Shown piece by piece: positions 32,419 through 43,151 of a stretch of DNA of 64,000 nt. Location of the stretch: positions 320,001 through 384,000 of the forward strand of contig OZ219917.1 of the NCBI GenBank assembly GCA_964291415.2. The letters run 5' to 3'. The notes beneath the pieces are model-generated. The model made no database searches and had not been told where the DNA came from. It saw nothing but the letters and a program-made list of their open reading frames with translations. This DNA comes from Alphaproteobacteria bacterium. Lineage in GTDB: Bacteria > Pseudomonadota > Alphaproteobacteria > SP197. A program made the translations under genes and the position numbers. How positions within the stretch are numbered: position 1 is the stretch's first letter; each line of letters starts with the position of its first letter.

Positions 32419-33180
32419 ATGCCGGACCATCAGGAAAGACCCGGGCTTGCCGCCAGCCTGGCGGCCGCCACGCAGTTTCTGACCCTGATTCCGGCGGGCG
32501 ACGGGCATGATCACCCGCTCGCCCGGAGCGTGATGATGTTCCCCGTGGTCGGGGCGGCCATCGGCCTTGCTGGTGCACTCTTCTACATCGTCGCTGCCTG
32601 GCTCGGCCTCGGCCCGGCCCTGGCGGCGATCGCCTGCGTTGTCGCCATGCTGGTTCTCACCCGGGGTCTCCACGAAGACGGACTGGCGGATCTTGCGGAC
32701 GGCCTTGGTGCACACACGGACCGGGAAGGACGGCTCGCCGTCATGCGCGACAGTCGTATCGGGGCCTTCGGCGCCATGGCTCTCATCATCGTCATCGGCG
32801 CCCGCGTTGCCGCCGTGGCGGATCTTCAGCACGCCATGGATGTCCTGGCGGCACTGGTCGTTGCCGCGGCCCTTTCCCGGGCCTTCATGGCGGTGGCGAT
32901 GCGAACGATGCCGGATGCCAGGGGGGACGGCATGGCTGCCGCAGCGGGCGAACCGGAATTCGATCAGGTCCTGATCGCCCTTGGCGTCGGCGCCGTCCTG
33001 GCCCTGGTGCTCCTCTTTCCCTGGGCGTGGATCGCGGCGCTGGCCGGCGGCGGCATCGCCGCCTGCATCGTGGGCTGGTTGGCCATGACGGTCCTGGGGG
33101 GCAAGACCGGTGACGTCCTGGGCGCCATCCAGCAGGTCACGGAAATCGGCGTCCTTGCCGGCGTCGTGGCCGTGACATGA
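32419..33180 (+). CDS. cobS: Adenosylcobinamide-GDP ribazoletransferase (cobalamin synthase)
   Basis: FLTLIP, FPVVG, GLHEDGLADLADG, MRDSRIGAFG, GGKTGDVLGA. Confidence 0.93.
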   Translation: MPDHQERPGLAASLAAATQFLTLIPAGDGHDHPLARSVMMFPVVGAAIGLAGALFYIVAAWLGLGPALAAIACVVAMLVLTRGLHEDGLADLADGLGAHTDREGRLAVMRDSRIGAFGAMALIIVIGARVAAVADLQHAMDVLAALVVAAALSRAFMAVAMRTMPDARGDGMAAAAGEPEFDQVLIALGVGAVLALVLLFPWAWIAALAGGGIAACIVGWLAMTVLGGKTGDVLGAIQQVTEIGVLAGVVAVT

Positions 33181-33797
33181 CCTCGACGCGCTGGTGGTGG
33201 GTGCGTCATGCGCCGGTCACCGAGACCGATGGGCGAATCTACGGAGCCACCGATCCCAACGCGGACACCGGCGACCTCGAGAGCTTCCTTGCCCTCGCGG
33301 CCCTGCTCCCGGAGAAGGCCCGCTGGGTGACGAGCCACCTTCGACGAACCCGGCAGACGGCCCGGAGCATCGCCTTGGCCGGCAGGAGGACCATCAATCC
33401 CGAAGTCGAACCGGGATTTGGCGAACAGGACTTTGGCGACTGGCATGGCAGGACGTACAGCGAACTCGCGAACTCGGTGACTGCCCATCGCTTCTGGCTT
33501 GCCCCTGCCACCACGACGCCGCCCAATGGTGAGAGCTTTTCCGATCTCTGTGACCGCGTCACCCCGGTGATCCACCGTCTGACCGCGCAATGGGCGGGCA
33601 GGGACATCATTGCCGTCGCCCACGGCGGCACCATCCGCGCAGCGCTGGGTCTGGCCCTGGAACTTGATCCCGACACGTCACTGAAGTTCGCAACCGAGAA
33701 TCTCTCGGTGACCCGCATCGATCACTATACGGCAACGCGTCAGCACGAGGCCTCGTGGCGCGTCGTCTACATGAATCTCGTGCCCGGACTGGCGTGA
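33177..33797 (+). CDS. Histidine phosphatase family protein (alpha-ribazole phosphatase-like)
   Basis: WVRHAP, SHLRRTRQTA, EQDFGDWHG, PPNGESF, VAHGGTIRA; coupled to cobS. Confidence 0.85.
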   Translation: MTSTRWWWVRHAPVTETDGRIYGATDPNADTGDLESFLALAALLPEKARWVTSHLRRTRQTARSIALAGRRTINPEVEPGFGEQDFGDWHGRTYSELANSVTAHRFWLAPATTTPPNGESFSDLCDRVTPVIHRLTAQWAGRDIIAVAHGGTIRAALGLALELDPDTSLKFATENLSVTRIDHYTATRQHEASWRVVYMNLVPGLA

Positions 33798-33873
33798 CGC
33801 GGTCTTCACGACCGCCGTGCCGGTCTGGTAGCGCCATCGCGTCATCATGCGCTCGAGTCTCCACACGATCTTC
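33793..33873. repeat. Diverged copy of the 3' end of the DUF3427 helicase gene (partner copy at 35404-35489)
   Basis: Shares an identical 16-mer CGTGACGCGGTCTTCA and CATCATGCGCTCGAGT with 35404-35489. Minus strand reads KIVWRLERMMTRWRYQTG here versus KIVWKLERMMPGWLYQAG there. Confidence 0.85.
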
Positions 33874-33972
33874 TTTGCGTAATGACCCGGCGCCCGGCCG
33901 GGGTCAGGGCGCGTGCGGCAAGCTGAAGGGATCGGGCTCTCCCACTGTCCGTCGGTCGATGGGCCGGGCACC

Positions 33973-35208
33973 GTGATCGCCCGGGCCATAGCACGCAGGC
34001 CGGTGTTGCTGGTCTGCGTGGTGTGCCTGGCGCTGGTGTCCGCGATGACCGGGTTTGCCGCCTATTGGTCGCTGCAGCCGGTGCTTCAGTCCGCGTGGCA
34101 CATGAACAATGCCGCGGCGGGCTGGCTCTCCGGTGCCTTCTTCGGTGGCTACGTGCTGGCGGTTCCGTTCCTCACCGCGATGACCGATCGGATCGATGCT
34201 CGGTACATCTTCATTCCGGGCGCGGCTCTCTCTGCAGTGGCTCTCGTCGGTTTGTCGTTTCTGGCAACGGAATTCTGGTCCGCCCTGCCCTGGCGTGTCG
34301 TGGCGGGTATCGGTCTCGCCGGGTGCTACATGCCGGGTCTCAAGGTGCTCACCGACCGCATTTCGAAGGCACGACGGGCGCGCGCGGTGGCCTTCTACAC
34401 GTCCAGCTTCAGCGCCGGAACAGCCCTCTCCTATGCGCTTGCGGGCAGTGCGCTCGAGTGGTTGGACTGGCGCGGTGTGCTCCTGTTCACGGCCGCCGGA
34501 CCGATGCTCGCCCTGGTCGCTGTCGCCATGCTGGTTGCGCCGCGCAAGCCGGAGGCGGCCAAGGAGGTCCGCAGCCAGCTGCTGGATTTCCGCCCGGTTC
34601 TGCGCTCGCGCAAGACGATGAGCTTCATCGTCGGCTACGCCGGCCACGGGGCAGAGCTCTTCGCCATGCGCTCCTGGATCGTGCCGTTCCTGGTGTTCTG
34701 CCTTGGCTCCGGCGCCGACTTCGAACCCGGCGCCACGCTGCTCGCCACCCTGATCGCCGCCATCGCAGTCGTGTCGAGTATTGGCGGTGCGGAGCTGGCC
34801 TTGCTGATCGGCCGCGTACGTCTGATAACCGGGGTGATGCTGTCCACGTTCGCGATCAGCGTTGTGGTCGGATTCTCGTCGATGCTGCCCTTCGCCGCGG
34901 TTGCCGTGCTGTGTCTGCTGTACTCCGCGGCAATCCAGGCCGATTCGGCAGCGCTGACCGCAGGTGCCGTCAATACGGCTCCGGTGGGCCATCGCGGGGC
35001 AGCGCTGGCAGTTCATTCAACGCTGGGATTCAGTGGATCGCTTTTCGCGCCGGCGCTCGTGGGCATGGTTCTCGATTGGGCCACACCCCTTGGAGGAACG
35101 ATCGCCTGGGGGTTGGCCTTCGTCACGATGGGATCGATGGGGTTGCTCGGCTATCTCGGTTTCGTGGCGTTGCGCCGGCGTCTGGCTCGAACCCGGGTTG
35201 CGCCATAG
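33973..35208 (+). CDS. MFS transporter
   Basis: Many hydrophobic segments, MFS motif A-like TAMTDRIDAR, YMPGLKVLTDR. Start uncertain (33913 or 33973). Confidence 0.88.
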   Translation: MIARAIARRPVLLVCVVCLALVSAMTGFAAYWSLQPVLQSAWHMNNAAAGWLSGAFFGGYVLAVPFLTAMTDRIDARYIFIPGAALSAVALVGLSFLATEFWSALPWRVVAGIGLAGCYMPGLKVLTDRISKARRARAVAFYTSSFSAGTALSYALAGSALEWLDWRGVLLFTAAGPMLALVAVAMLVAPRKPEAAKEVRSQLLDFRPVLRSRKTMSFIVGYAGHGAELFAMRSWIVPFLVFCLGSGADFEPGATLLATLIAAIAVVSSIGGAELALLIGRVRLITGVMLSTFAISVVVGFSSMLPFAAVAVLCLLYSAAIQADSAALTAGAVNTAPVGHRGAALAVHSTLGFSGSLFAPALVGMVLDWATPLGGTIAWGLAFVTMGSMGLLGYLGFVALRRRLARTRVAP

Positions 35209-35416
35209 GAGCGCGACCGCGGGTGCTCTCTACAGTCTGTTGGCCGGCGCGCGGGTCGCGTGCCCACCGCTCGATCCTTCCCGGATGTCCTTGCACCTGC
35301 GGGTGAGATGCGCCACGTACGGGCCGGCTGGATGATGGCGGAACCTGCGTTCGGCACCCGGGAGGCGGGGCGTCACGGTGTTGCGGGTGATGGTGGCGAG
35401 ATCCGTGACGCGGTCT

Positions 35417-38400
35417 TCAGCCGGCGACCACCTTGCCGGCCTGGTAGAGCCATCCCGGCATCATGCGCTCGAGTTTCCAGACGATCTTCATCGGCCGCGA
35501 TGACTCGTGGCGCCGGCAGCTGGCGTATCCGAGACAGTGATAGGCCTGTGTCTCGGTCCGGTCATCGCGCTTGCGCTCACGCACGAAGAGAAGGACCTTC
35601 CCTGTCCCGCTGATGTACCGCTGCCCGGTGCCGGAGTCGGGCGACGTCGTGTTCTGGGTCTCCCAGTGGAAGAGCTGCGGCGAGACCGGGTAGTCGGCAT
35701 AGCGGACCGAGGGCGCATAGTCCTTCTCCGACTTCTCGAGAGTGATGAACAGCAGGTCCGTCCCTGACGTTTTCTCCCGGAGAACGCCTTCGCGCGGCCG
35801 CTTGAGAACGCCCCTGGCATCGGTCAGGCCATAGGCGGCGGTGATCTCCACAAGGGAATAGGTGGCATGACTGGCAAGCGGGTTCACGTCCCCGCCTTCG
35901 AGCGGCTGGGCAAGGGTGCGCGTGCGGTCGTCGAGAATGTCGAGGAGATCGATCAGTTCGTCACGCATGTCGGGCCAGGCGCGAACGGTCGCAAAGACCT
36001 CATCGGCGGTGTCGAGCGGTCTGTCGGCGGCCAGCAGACCAAAGAGCATCCATGCGAGGCGGCGCCGTCGGGGAGGAAGATCGTCCACCGTGACGTCGCT
36101 CGTCAGGATGGAGCGCCAGGTTTCCAGTCGTTCGCGGTCGTCCACGTGAAGCATGCGACCAACAGCTTTCATGAGTGATCGCTCTGTGGTCCGGGAGGTG
36201 AAGCCCGCCCGCTCAAGAAGGTCGGTGTAACAGTGGCCGGAGGATGGCCTGCGGTAGATGTCGTGGAGTTCGGCGCCCGAAGCCTTGACAAAGGCGCCAA
36301 GCCGGGTCGAGGGGCCAAGGGCACGAAGGTCCTCCACGAGATGGTTGCGTGCTGTCCGCAGGGCATGGCTCAGGTTGTCGAGCACGGTCCTTCTGGCGAT
36401 GCGGTCCAGCCTGAGCGCGCACCCGGGCGGCAGATAGGGGAAGTTCTCCTCGACGGCCTTCCTGACCTGTTGCCTGGTACCGCCGATGAGGGCCTGGTAG
36501 CGCATGTCGAAGCGGTACTCGCGCCGGGCCTGGCCGACGAAATCGAGGACGGTCAGCACCTGCTTGCCCTCCGCCCATCGTAGTCCCCGGCCGAGCTGCT
36601 GCAGAAAGACCGTGGCACTCTCGGTCGGGCGCAGCATGAGAATGGTATCGACTTCAGGGAGATCGACGCCCTCGTTGAAGAGATCGACGGTGAAGATGAC
36701 GTGGAGGTCGCCCGTGCGCAGGCCGGTGAGGGCCCTGTCACGTTCCGGGTGAGGTGTCGCCGCATCGAGCGCCGCTGCTTTCAGTCCCTTGCGGGAAAAC
36801 TGCTCAGCCATGAAATGCGCATGGCCAACCCCGGCGCAAAATCCCAGGGCGCGCATCCGCTCCGGATCGGGAACATGGTCGACAACCGCCTGCACAATCC
36901 GGCGGGCCCGCGCATGATCGCCGGTAAAGAGCGTGTCGAGCTCGCCCGCCACATAGCGTCCCTGCTGGAACCGGACGCCCGAGAGGTCGGTGCCGTCGTT
37001 GATCCCGAAGTAGTGGAAGGGACACAAGAGTCCCTGATCGAGGGCGTCCCAGAGCCTTGATTCGGAGGCGATGCGGCCATCAAACCAGTCGAGAACCGAC
37101 TTGCCGTCGGTTCGTTCCGGGGTGGCCGTGAGACCAAGGAGAAACCGGGGGCGCAGACGTTCGAGCAGGCGCTCGTAACTGCTGGCTGCAGCGTGATGGA
37201 ACTCATCGATGATGACGACATCGAATCCTGACGGATCGATATCGTCAATGCGGTTCTGCAGGGACTGCACGGAAGCAAAGACGTGCCGTCCCTCCTGCGG
37301 ACGCTTGCCCGCGACCAGCTGTTCGCCAAAGGAGGGATCACGCAGAACAATCTGGAAAACCTGCTGACTCTGGGCGAGAATCTCCCTTCTATGGGCAATG
37401 AACAACAGGGACTGAACCTGGTGATCCCGGCGGATCCGGCGGAAGTCGAAGGCCGCGATCCATGTTTTTCCCGTTCCCGTGGCGGCGACCACGAGGTTGC
37501 GATGATGACCCCGCCTTCTTTCGGTTTCGAGGGCCTCGAGAACGGCTTCCTGGTGGGGTTTGGCAACCGCATCGATGTAGAGCGTGACACCCGGCTTGTC
37601 GCCACGCTCTCTTTCTGCCCGCATCATCAACACGCGGGCCGTCGCGTTCCGGTTCGTAGACCTCGAACTCGGGCTCCTGCCAGTACTGCTCGAAGGTTGC
37701 CTGGAACTGGTCGATCACCTCCGGATTCCGGGTGGTGCTGACCCGCACGTTCCACTCGAGGCCGTCCACCTGGGCCGTGTGCGTGAGGTTCGAGGACCCG
37801 ATATAGGCGGTATGGTGACCGCTCTCCCTGCGGAAGAGCCACGCCTTGGCATGGAGGCGGGTGCGGTTGACATCAAAGGAGACCTTGACGTCAGCCCCGA
37901 GTTTGCGGAGTGCGTCGAGAGCCCGGCGCTCCGTCGTCCCCGTGTAGACCGTGGTGATGACGCGCACCGGAACACCGGCTGCAATTCTCTCTGCGAGCTC
38001 CCGTTGGAACAGTCGCAGTCCCGAATAGCGGACAAAGGCGCACAGGAGGTCGATGCCGTCGGCACTCGGTATCTCGCGAACGATCTCGCTGGAGATCTGC
38101 ACATCGCGTCGGCCATTGACGAGAAGACCCGTATCGCGCAGTGATCGTATCGGCCGTTGCGGTGCTTCCGGCTGACCTCCAAGTCCCTGGTTCCTGAAGA
38201 CGGCAAGCAGCAACTCCGCCGTCCCGGCCACATGTTCGTCGCCCGGCACCCCGTAGTTGCCAAGCATCCCGAGCAGCCGGTTTGCCAGTTCGATCTGGCG
38301 GTCTGCCGACATGCCGTCGAGAACACGGCGCAAGAGGTCCGCGACATGGAGGGTCAGAACATCCGCACGCCGGATCCCGTCGGTCGTGCCGGTCTCGACC

Positions 38401-38492
38401 GACCAGTTGTCCTCGAGCAGGATCTCGATCTTCTGCTTCAGGGACGAGGTCACGAGATCCTCGTAGAGCCCGGGACGCAGGTGTCGCTTCAT
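35417..38492 (-). CDS. PLD-nuclease / SF2 helicase / DUF3427 protein (SauUSI-like), frameshifted near 37620
   Basis: N-terminal part: LHAKAWLF...AYIGSSNLT..GLEWN (PLD HxK). C-terminal part: AATGTGKT, IDEFHH, LGLTATPERTD, VDLFNEGVDLP, FLQQLGRGLR, then FITLEKSEKDY..YADYP..FHWETQNTT. Confidence 0.88.
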
Positions 38493-38644
38493 TGCGTTCG
38501 TCTTCACCGCCTTGGCCCGGTCTATCACACGCCCTGGAACGCCTGCCAGGCCCCGGGCCGGAAGAGGGCGCCTGCGTTGACGACCGGGAAATGCTGTGAC
38601 AGCGTCCTCTGCCACGACATCATCTTTGGGGAGACCATGAGAAA

Positions 38645-39697
38645 ATGCGCACATCAGGAATGATTGCCTCCGCATTGCTGGCCGCCGCGGTGGCGGCCCA
38701 ACCGCTTGCCGCCGCCGAGGTCAGGGTGCTGAACTGGCAGGGATACGGGACCGACGAAGCCTGGGGCGTCGAGGCCTTCGAGGCGGCGACAGGCCACACG
38801 GTGGTGCACGACTACTTCAATTCCGAACAGGAAATGCTGACCAAGCTGCGCACCAGTCCCGGTGCCTACGACGTCGTGCTGATCAACTCTGCCTTCACCA
38901 TCCAGGCCGCCGAGGAAGGCCTCATCCAGCCCATCGACAGTGCGGCCATCTCCAACTTCGGCGACCTTTCGGCGGGCTTGAGGGATGCCGCGGAGTTCAG
39001 GCTCGACGGAGACCTCTACGGTGTCGCCTGGACCTGGGGTCTGACCTCGATCGCCTATGACACCGAGGAAGTCGATCCCGGCAACTCCATCGAGATCCTG
39101 TGGGATCCGGCCCATGCCGGCAACGTGGCCGTGCGGGACGATTCCGTCGAGAACGTCTACCTCGCCGCGCTCGCCACCGGTCAGAACATGAACGCGCCGG
39201 ACGATCTTGACGCGATCCGCCAGAAACTGCGCGATCTCAAGCCGCAGATCCGCACGTTCTGGTCATCGGAGGACGAGTGGAACAAGGAGTTCGCTGCCGA
39301 CGCCTTCGACGTTGCCGTCTACTGGTCGGGTTCGGCCTCGCGCAGCGCCAAGGCCTTCGGGCTGCCGGTCGGCTATCTCATTCCCGAGGAAGGCGCCATC
39401 GCCTGGCTCGACGGTCTCTCCCTTGCCGCCGGTTCGGCCAATCCGGAGGGGGCGCTCCAGTTCATCGACTACATGGTCAGTCCGGAGCACTTCGTGCGCT
39501 GGGACACCGAGGTCGGCGCACCCGCCTCGGCCAATGGCGTGGCCATGAACCAGCTGCCCGAAGACGCCTTCAACCGGCAGGTGCTGGGCGATCCCGCCGC
39601 CACGGCGAATCTCCAGTTCATGGCTCCGTTGTCAGACGAGACGCGGGAGACCTTCCTGGAGATCTGGGAGGAAACGAAGGCCTGGTACGCCGAATAG
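38645..39697 (+). CDS. ABC transporter substrate-binding protein (PotD/PotF-like)
   Basis: Signal peptide, VLNWQGY, YGVAWTWG, YWSG, IPEEGAIAWLD. Confidence 0.9.
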   Translation: MRTSGMIASALLAAAVAAQPLAAAEVRVLNWQGYGTDEAWGVEAFEAATGHTVVHDYFNSEQEMLTKLRTSPGAYDVVLINSAFTIQAAEEGLIQPIDSAAISNFGDLSAGLRDAAEFRLDGDLYGVAWTWGLTSIAYDTEEVDPGNSIEILWDPAHAGNVAVRDDSVENVYLAALATGQNMNAPDDLDAIRQKLRDLKPQIRTFWSSEDEWNKEFAADAFDVAVYWSGSASRSAKAFGLPVGYLIPEEGAIAWLDGLSLAAGSANPEGALQFIDYMVSPEHFVRWDTEVGAPASANGVAMNQLPEDAFNRQVLGDPAATANLQFMAPLSDETRETFLEIWEETKAWYAE

Positions 39698-39713
39698 CTG
39701 ACCTCTTGGTTTC

Positions 39714-39749
39714 GCCGGACAGTCCCGTTCTCTCGCGGGACTGTCCGGC
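39714..39749 (+). terminator. Perfect 14-bp GC-rich hairpin after the substrate-binding protein gene (no U-tract; stability or attenuation element)
   Basis: GCCGGACAGTCCCG-ttctctcg-CGGGACTGTCCGGC. Confidence 0.55.
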
Positions 39750-39771
39750 ACTCCGGCGCCGCCGCTGACCC

Positions 39772-40635
39772 ATGCGTATCGGGTCCCGGCGGCGCTGGGC
39801 GATCGCATGGCTGACGGGGCCTGCCTATCTCTGGCTGGCTGTGACGATCTTCCTGCCGCTGTCGGCGATGCTCTACTTCAGTTTCCAGAAGAAGGGCCCC
39901 TTCGGCAGGCACGCCAGCGAGTTCTCGCTGAAGCACTACGAGGCCTTCTTCACCAAGGGCTATCTCCAGGACCTCATGTGGCGGTCGCTGGAAATGGGGT
40001 TCCACGTCACCGGCTTGTGCATCCTCATCGGCTTCCCCGCCGCCTACTGGCTGGCCCGGCGCATCCGCGGACGCTGGCGCGAAGCCCTGTTCCTGCTGAT
40101 CGTCCTGCCCTTCTGGTCAAACGCCCTTGTCCGCGTCTTTTCCTGGACGATCGTGCTTCGTCCCGACGGAGTCCTTGACCGCGCCGTGCAACTGGTCATC
40201 CCCGGGCTGCCCTCCATCGATCTGACGGACTCCTATCCCGCCATCATCATCGGACTCGTTCATTCCTACCTTCCCTACATGATTCTCACGTGCTTCCTCT
40301 CCCTGCAGGCGATCGACGAGTCGCTGCTCGAGGCGGCCCGCAGCCTCGGCGCGCGATCATGGACCATCCTGCTGAGAATCATCCTGCCGCTTGCCGTTCC
40401 CGGCCTCGCTGCGGGGTCCATCCTGATCTTCGTTCCGGTGATCGGCTCATTCTTCGAACCACGCCTGCTGGGCGGGCCCAAGGGGACGGTGATCGGTACG
40501 GTCATCGAGGAGCAGTTCACCGTCGTCTCCAACTGGCCACTGGGCGGCGCCCTCTCGTTCATCCTGCTGGCCATCGTCCTGCTCATCCTCGCCGTGGCGG
40601 CGCCGGTTCTGAAGAACCACATGAGAACGACATGA
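39772..40635 (+). CDS. ABC transporter permease (PotB-like)
   Basis: LPFWSNALVRVFSW, YLPYMIL, EAA loop EAARSLGA. Confidence 0.9.
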   Translation: MRIGSRRRWAIAWLTGPAYLWLAVTIFLPLSAMLYFSFQKKGPFGRHASEFSLKHYEAFFTKGYLQDLMWRSLEMGFHVTGLCILIGFPAAYWLARRIRGRWREALFLLIVLPFWSNALVRVFSWTIVLRPDGVLDRAVQLVIPGLPSIDLTDSYPAIIIGLVHSYLPYMILTCFLSLQAIDESLLEAARSLGARSWTILLRIILPLAVPGLAAGSILIFVPVIGSFFEPRLLGGPKGTVIGTVIEEQFTVVSNWPLGGALSFILLAIVLLILAVAAPVLKNHMRTT

Positions 40636-41432
40636 ACCAGGCGCGCTGGATGGTGCTGGTCGGCGAGGGTGCGGGGCGACTGTGGCTCTTTCTGGTGCTG
40701 GTCTTTCTTTACCTTCCCATACTTGTGCTGGCCGTCATGGGACTGAACGACTCGGTGCACTACACCCTGCCGTTCACGTTCACGACGCGCTGGTACGAGG
40801 ACCTGGCGAGCAACGAGCGGCTTCTGCAAGCCAGCTTCAACAGCGTTGCGGTGGCGCTGGCCAACACGGTCATCGCCACCATACTGGGAACCATGGCGGC
40901 CCTCGCCTTTGCCCGATATCGCTTTCGCGGACGCACGGTGCTGCAGCTGCTGCTGTTTCCCCCCATCACCATTCCCTGGCTCATCATAGGCACCTCGATG
41001 CTGGTGCTGTTCTTCTGGACGGGTATCGGCCGGGGACTTCATGCCATGCTCCTGGGGCACGTGGCTCTCTCCCTGCCCTATGTCATCATCGTCGTCGGTG
41101 CCCGCCTGGCGAGCATCGGACCGGACCTCGAGGAGGCTGCTGCCAGCCTTGGCGCGACACCATTCCAGTCCCTGGTGCGGGTGCAGATTCCCGTCATGGC
41201 GCCCGGCATTGTCGCTGCCGCCCTCTTTGCCTTTGCCGTGTCGTTCGACCAGTTCGTCATCTCCTACTTCCTGGCGCCGCCAGGCGTCTCGGTCCTTCCC
41301 GTCGAGATCTTTTCCGCCATCCGCAAGGGTTTCACGCCCGAGGTCAACGCCATCTCCACCATCATGATCGTGATCTCCATGACGGCTCTTCTGCTTTTTG
41401 CCCGCCTCTCGAAGTTCGGTGGCGAGCGATGA
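40632..41432 (+). CDS. ABC transporter permease (PotC-like)
   Basis: FLYLPIL, FTTRWY, EEAAASLGA, SFDQF, TPEVNAIST. ATG 40632 overlaps the previous stop. Confidence 0.9.
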   Translation: MNQARWMVLVGEGAGRLWLFLVLVFLYLPILVLAVMGLNDSVHYTLPFTFTTRWYEDLASNERLLQASFNSVAVALANTVIATILGTMAALAFARYRFRGRTVLQLLLFPPITIPWLIIGTSMLVLFFWTGIGRGLHAMLLGHVALSLPYVIIVVGARLASIGPDLEEAAASLGATPFQSLVRVQIPVMAPGIVAAALFAFAVSFDQFVISYFLAPPGVSVLPVEIFSAIRKGFTPEVNAISTIMIVISMTALLLFARLSKFGGER

Positions 41433-42475
41433 GCGCCGTCGACGTGCGCAACGTGTCGAAGCGCTACGGCGCCGTGACGGCCCTCGACCGGGTCTCGCTC
41501 GCCTTTCCGAACGGATCCTTCTTCGCCCTTCTGGGTCCCTCAGGCAGCGGCAAGACAACCCTGCTGCGGGCCCTTGCCGGATTCGTGGAACCCGATGACG
41601 GCATGATTCTCATCGATGATCGGGATGTGGCGCACATTCCCTCGTTCCGCCGCAACATCGGCATGGTCTTCCAGAACTATGCGCTGTTTCCGCACATGTC
41701 GGTGTTCGACAATGTCGCATTCGGATTGACCGTGCGCCGCCTGCCGCGTGCCGAGGTGCGCCAGCGGGTTGGCAAGATTCTCGAACTGGTACGCCTCGAC
41801 GGACTCGATGACCGCAAGCCGCGCGAGCTTTCAGGCGGACAGCAGCAGCGCGTCGCCCTGGCGCGCGCGCTTGTCACCGAACCCCGGGTGCTGCTTCTCG
41901 ACGAACCCCTGGGCGCGCTCGACAAGAAACTGAGACAGGACATGCAGGGCGAACTGAAACGCATCCAGCGCACAGTGGGAATCACGACGATCTTCGTCAC
42001 CCATGACCAGGAAGAGGCCCTGACGCTGTCTGATCACATCGCCATCATAGACGAGGGCCGGCTCATCCAGGTGGGTGAGCCGGGCGACGTCTACGACCGG
42101 CCACAAACCAGGTTCGCGGCAAACTTCCTGGGCGATGCGAACTTTCTTTCGGGACCGGTACAGGACTCCGGTATCGTGGTCGATCGCTTGGGCTACATCG
42201 CCACGACATCCCCGCTGCCGGCCGGCGAGGCGACCATTGCCGTCAGGCCCGAGCGGATCCGCCTCGCGGCTCCCGACGCGCCCACACAGGACAACCGCAT
42301 CGAGGGCCAGGTTGCCGAGCGTGTCTTTTCCGGCGCCAGTCTCACCTACACCGTCGATACCGATGCCGGACCATTGCGCGTCCTGCGGCAGAACACCGAC
42401 GGCGACGTCATAAACATCGGTGAGCGGGTCGCCCTCGTCTGGTCGGCCGATCATTCGGTCGTGGTCGAAGACTGA
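41429..42475 (+). CDS. ABC transporter ATP-binding protein (PotA-like)
   Basis: LGPSGSGKTT, VFQNYALFPHM, LSGGQQQRVALARA, LLLDEPLGALD, VTHDQEEA. Real start at ATG 41429. Confidence 0.93.
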   Translation: MSAVDVRNVSKRYGAVTALDRVSLAFPNGSFFALLGPSGSGKTTLLRALAGFVEPDDGMILIDDRDVAHIPSFRRNIGMVFQNYALFPHMSVFDNVAFGLTVRRLPRAEVRQRVGKILELVRLDGLDDRKPRELSGGQQQRVALARALVTEPRVLLLDEPLGALDKKLRQDMQGELKRIQRTVGITTIFVTHDQEEALTLSDHIAIIDEGRLIQVGEPGDVYDRPQTRFAANFLGDANFLSGPVQDSGIVVDRLGYIATTSPLPAGEATIAVRPERIRLAAPDAPTQDNRIEGQVAERVFSGASLTYTVDTDAGPLRVLRQNTDGDVINIGERVALVWSADHSVVVED

Positions 42476-43074
42476 TGCAGGACGTCCGCCCGATTGGCCA
42501 GGATGCGGTCCATGTCGTCGTCGACATGCAGGATCTCTTTGCGGCTCAGACCGTGTGGCACACGCCGTCCATGCCCGCTATCACCCCCGCCATCCAAAGT
42601 CTCGTGGCCCACCGGATCGACCGCACCGTTTTCACACGGTTCATGACGCCCCATACGGCGGATGAGACGAGCGGCGCGTGGCGTACCTATTACCGGCGCT
42701 GGACGCGCGTCACCACGTCATGCATGGACCCCGCCCTGCTCGATGTCATGAGCGACTTCCGGTCCTTCATTCCGCCAGCCCATGTCATCGACAAGACCAC
42801 CTATTCGGCCTTCGAAAGCGATGCCTTCGTCAACCTTCTGGACGCCATGGCCTGCCAGACCCTCATTGTCACCGGTGTCGAGACGGACGTTTGCGTCCTC
42901 GCCACCGTGATGACGGGCGTGGACCGCGGATACCGCGTGATCATTGCCGAAGACGCCGTCACAAGCTCCGATGAAGAGGCCCACAGGGCGATGCTCGATC
43001 TCGTCTACCGGCGATTCGAGGACCAGATCGAGATCGGCACGACCGCGGAGATCATCGCCTCCTGGCAGGTTTGA
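42475..43074 (+). CDS. Cysteine hydrolase (isochorismatase family)
   Basis: VVDMQ, IDKTTYSAF, TGVETDVCVLAT (Asp-Lys-Cys triad). Confidence 0.9.
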   Translation: MQDVRPIGQDAVHVVVDMQDLFAAQTVWHTPSMPAITPAIQSLVAHRIDRTVFTRFMTPHTADETSGAWRTYYRRWTRVTTSCMDPALLDVMSDFRSFIPPAHVIDKTTYSAFESDAFVNLLDAMACQTLIVTGVETDVCVLATVMTGVDRGYRVIIAEDAVTSSDEEAHRAMLDLVYRRFEDQIEIGTTAEIIASWQV

Positions 43075-43151
43075 TCCGCAGACGCCGGGTATCGTTCCAG
43101 CAAAGATCGCGTGCTATGATTCCGGAGTGCTGACAAGGGAGGCCGAATGAC

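Noticed and set aside
40682-41428. Long N-terminal extensions in tracked ORFs (PotA-like 597 aa, PotC-like 380 aa)
   Set aside because: They overlap upstream genes; the real starts are the ATGA overlaps at 41429 and 40632.
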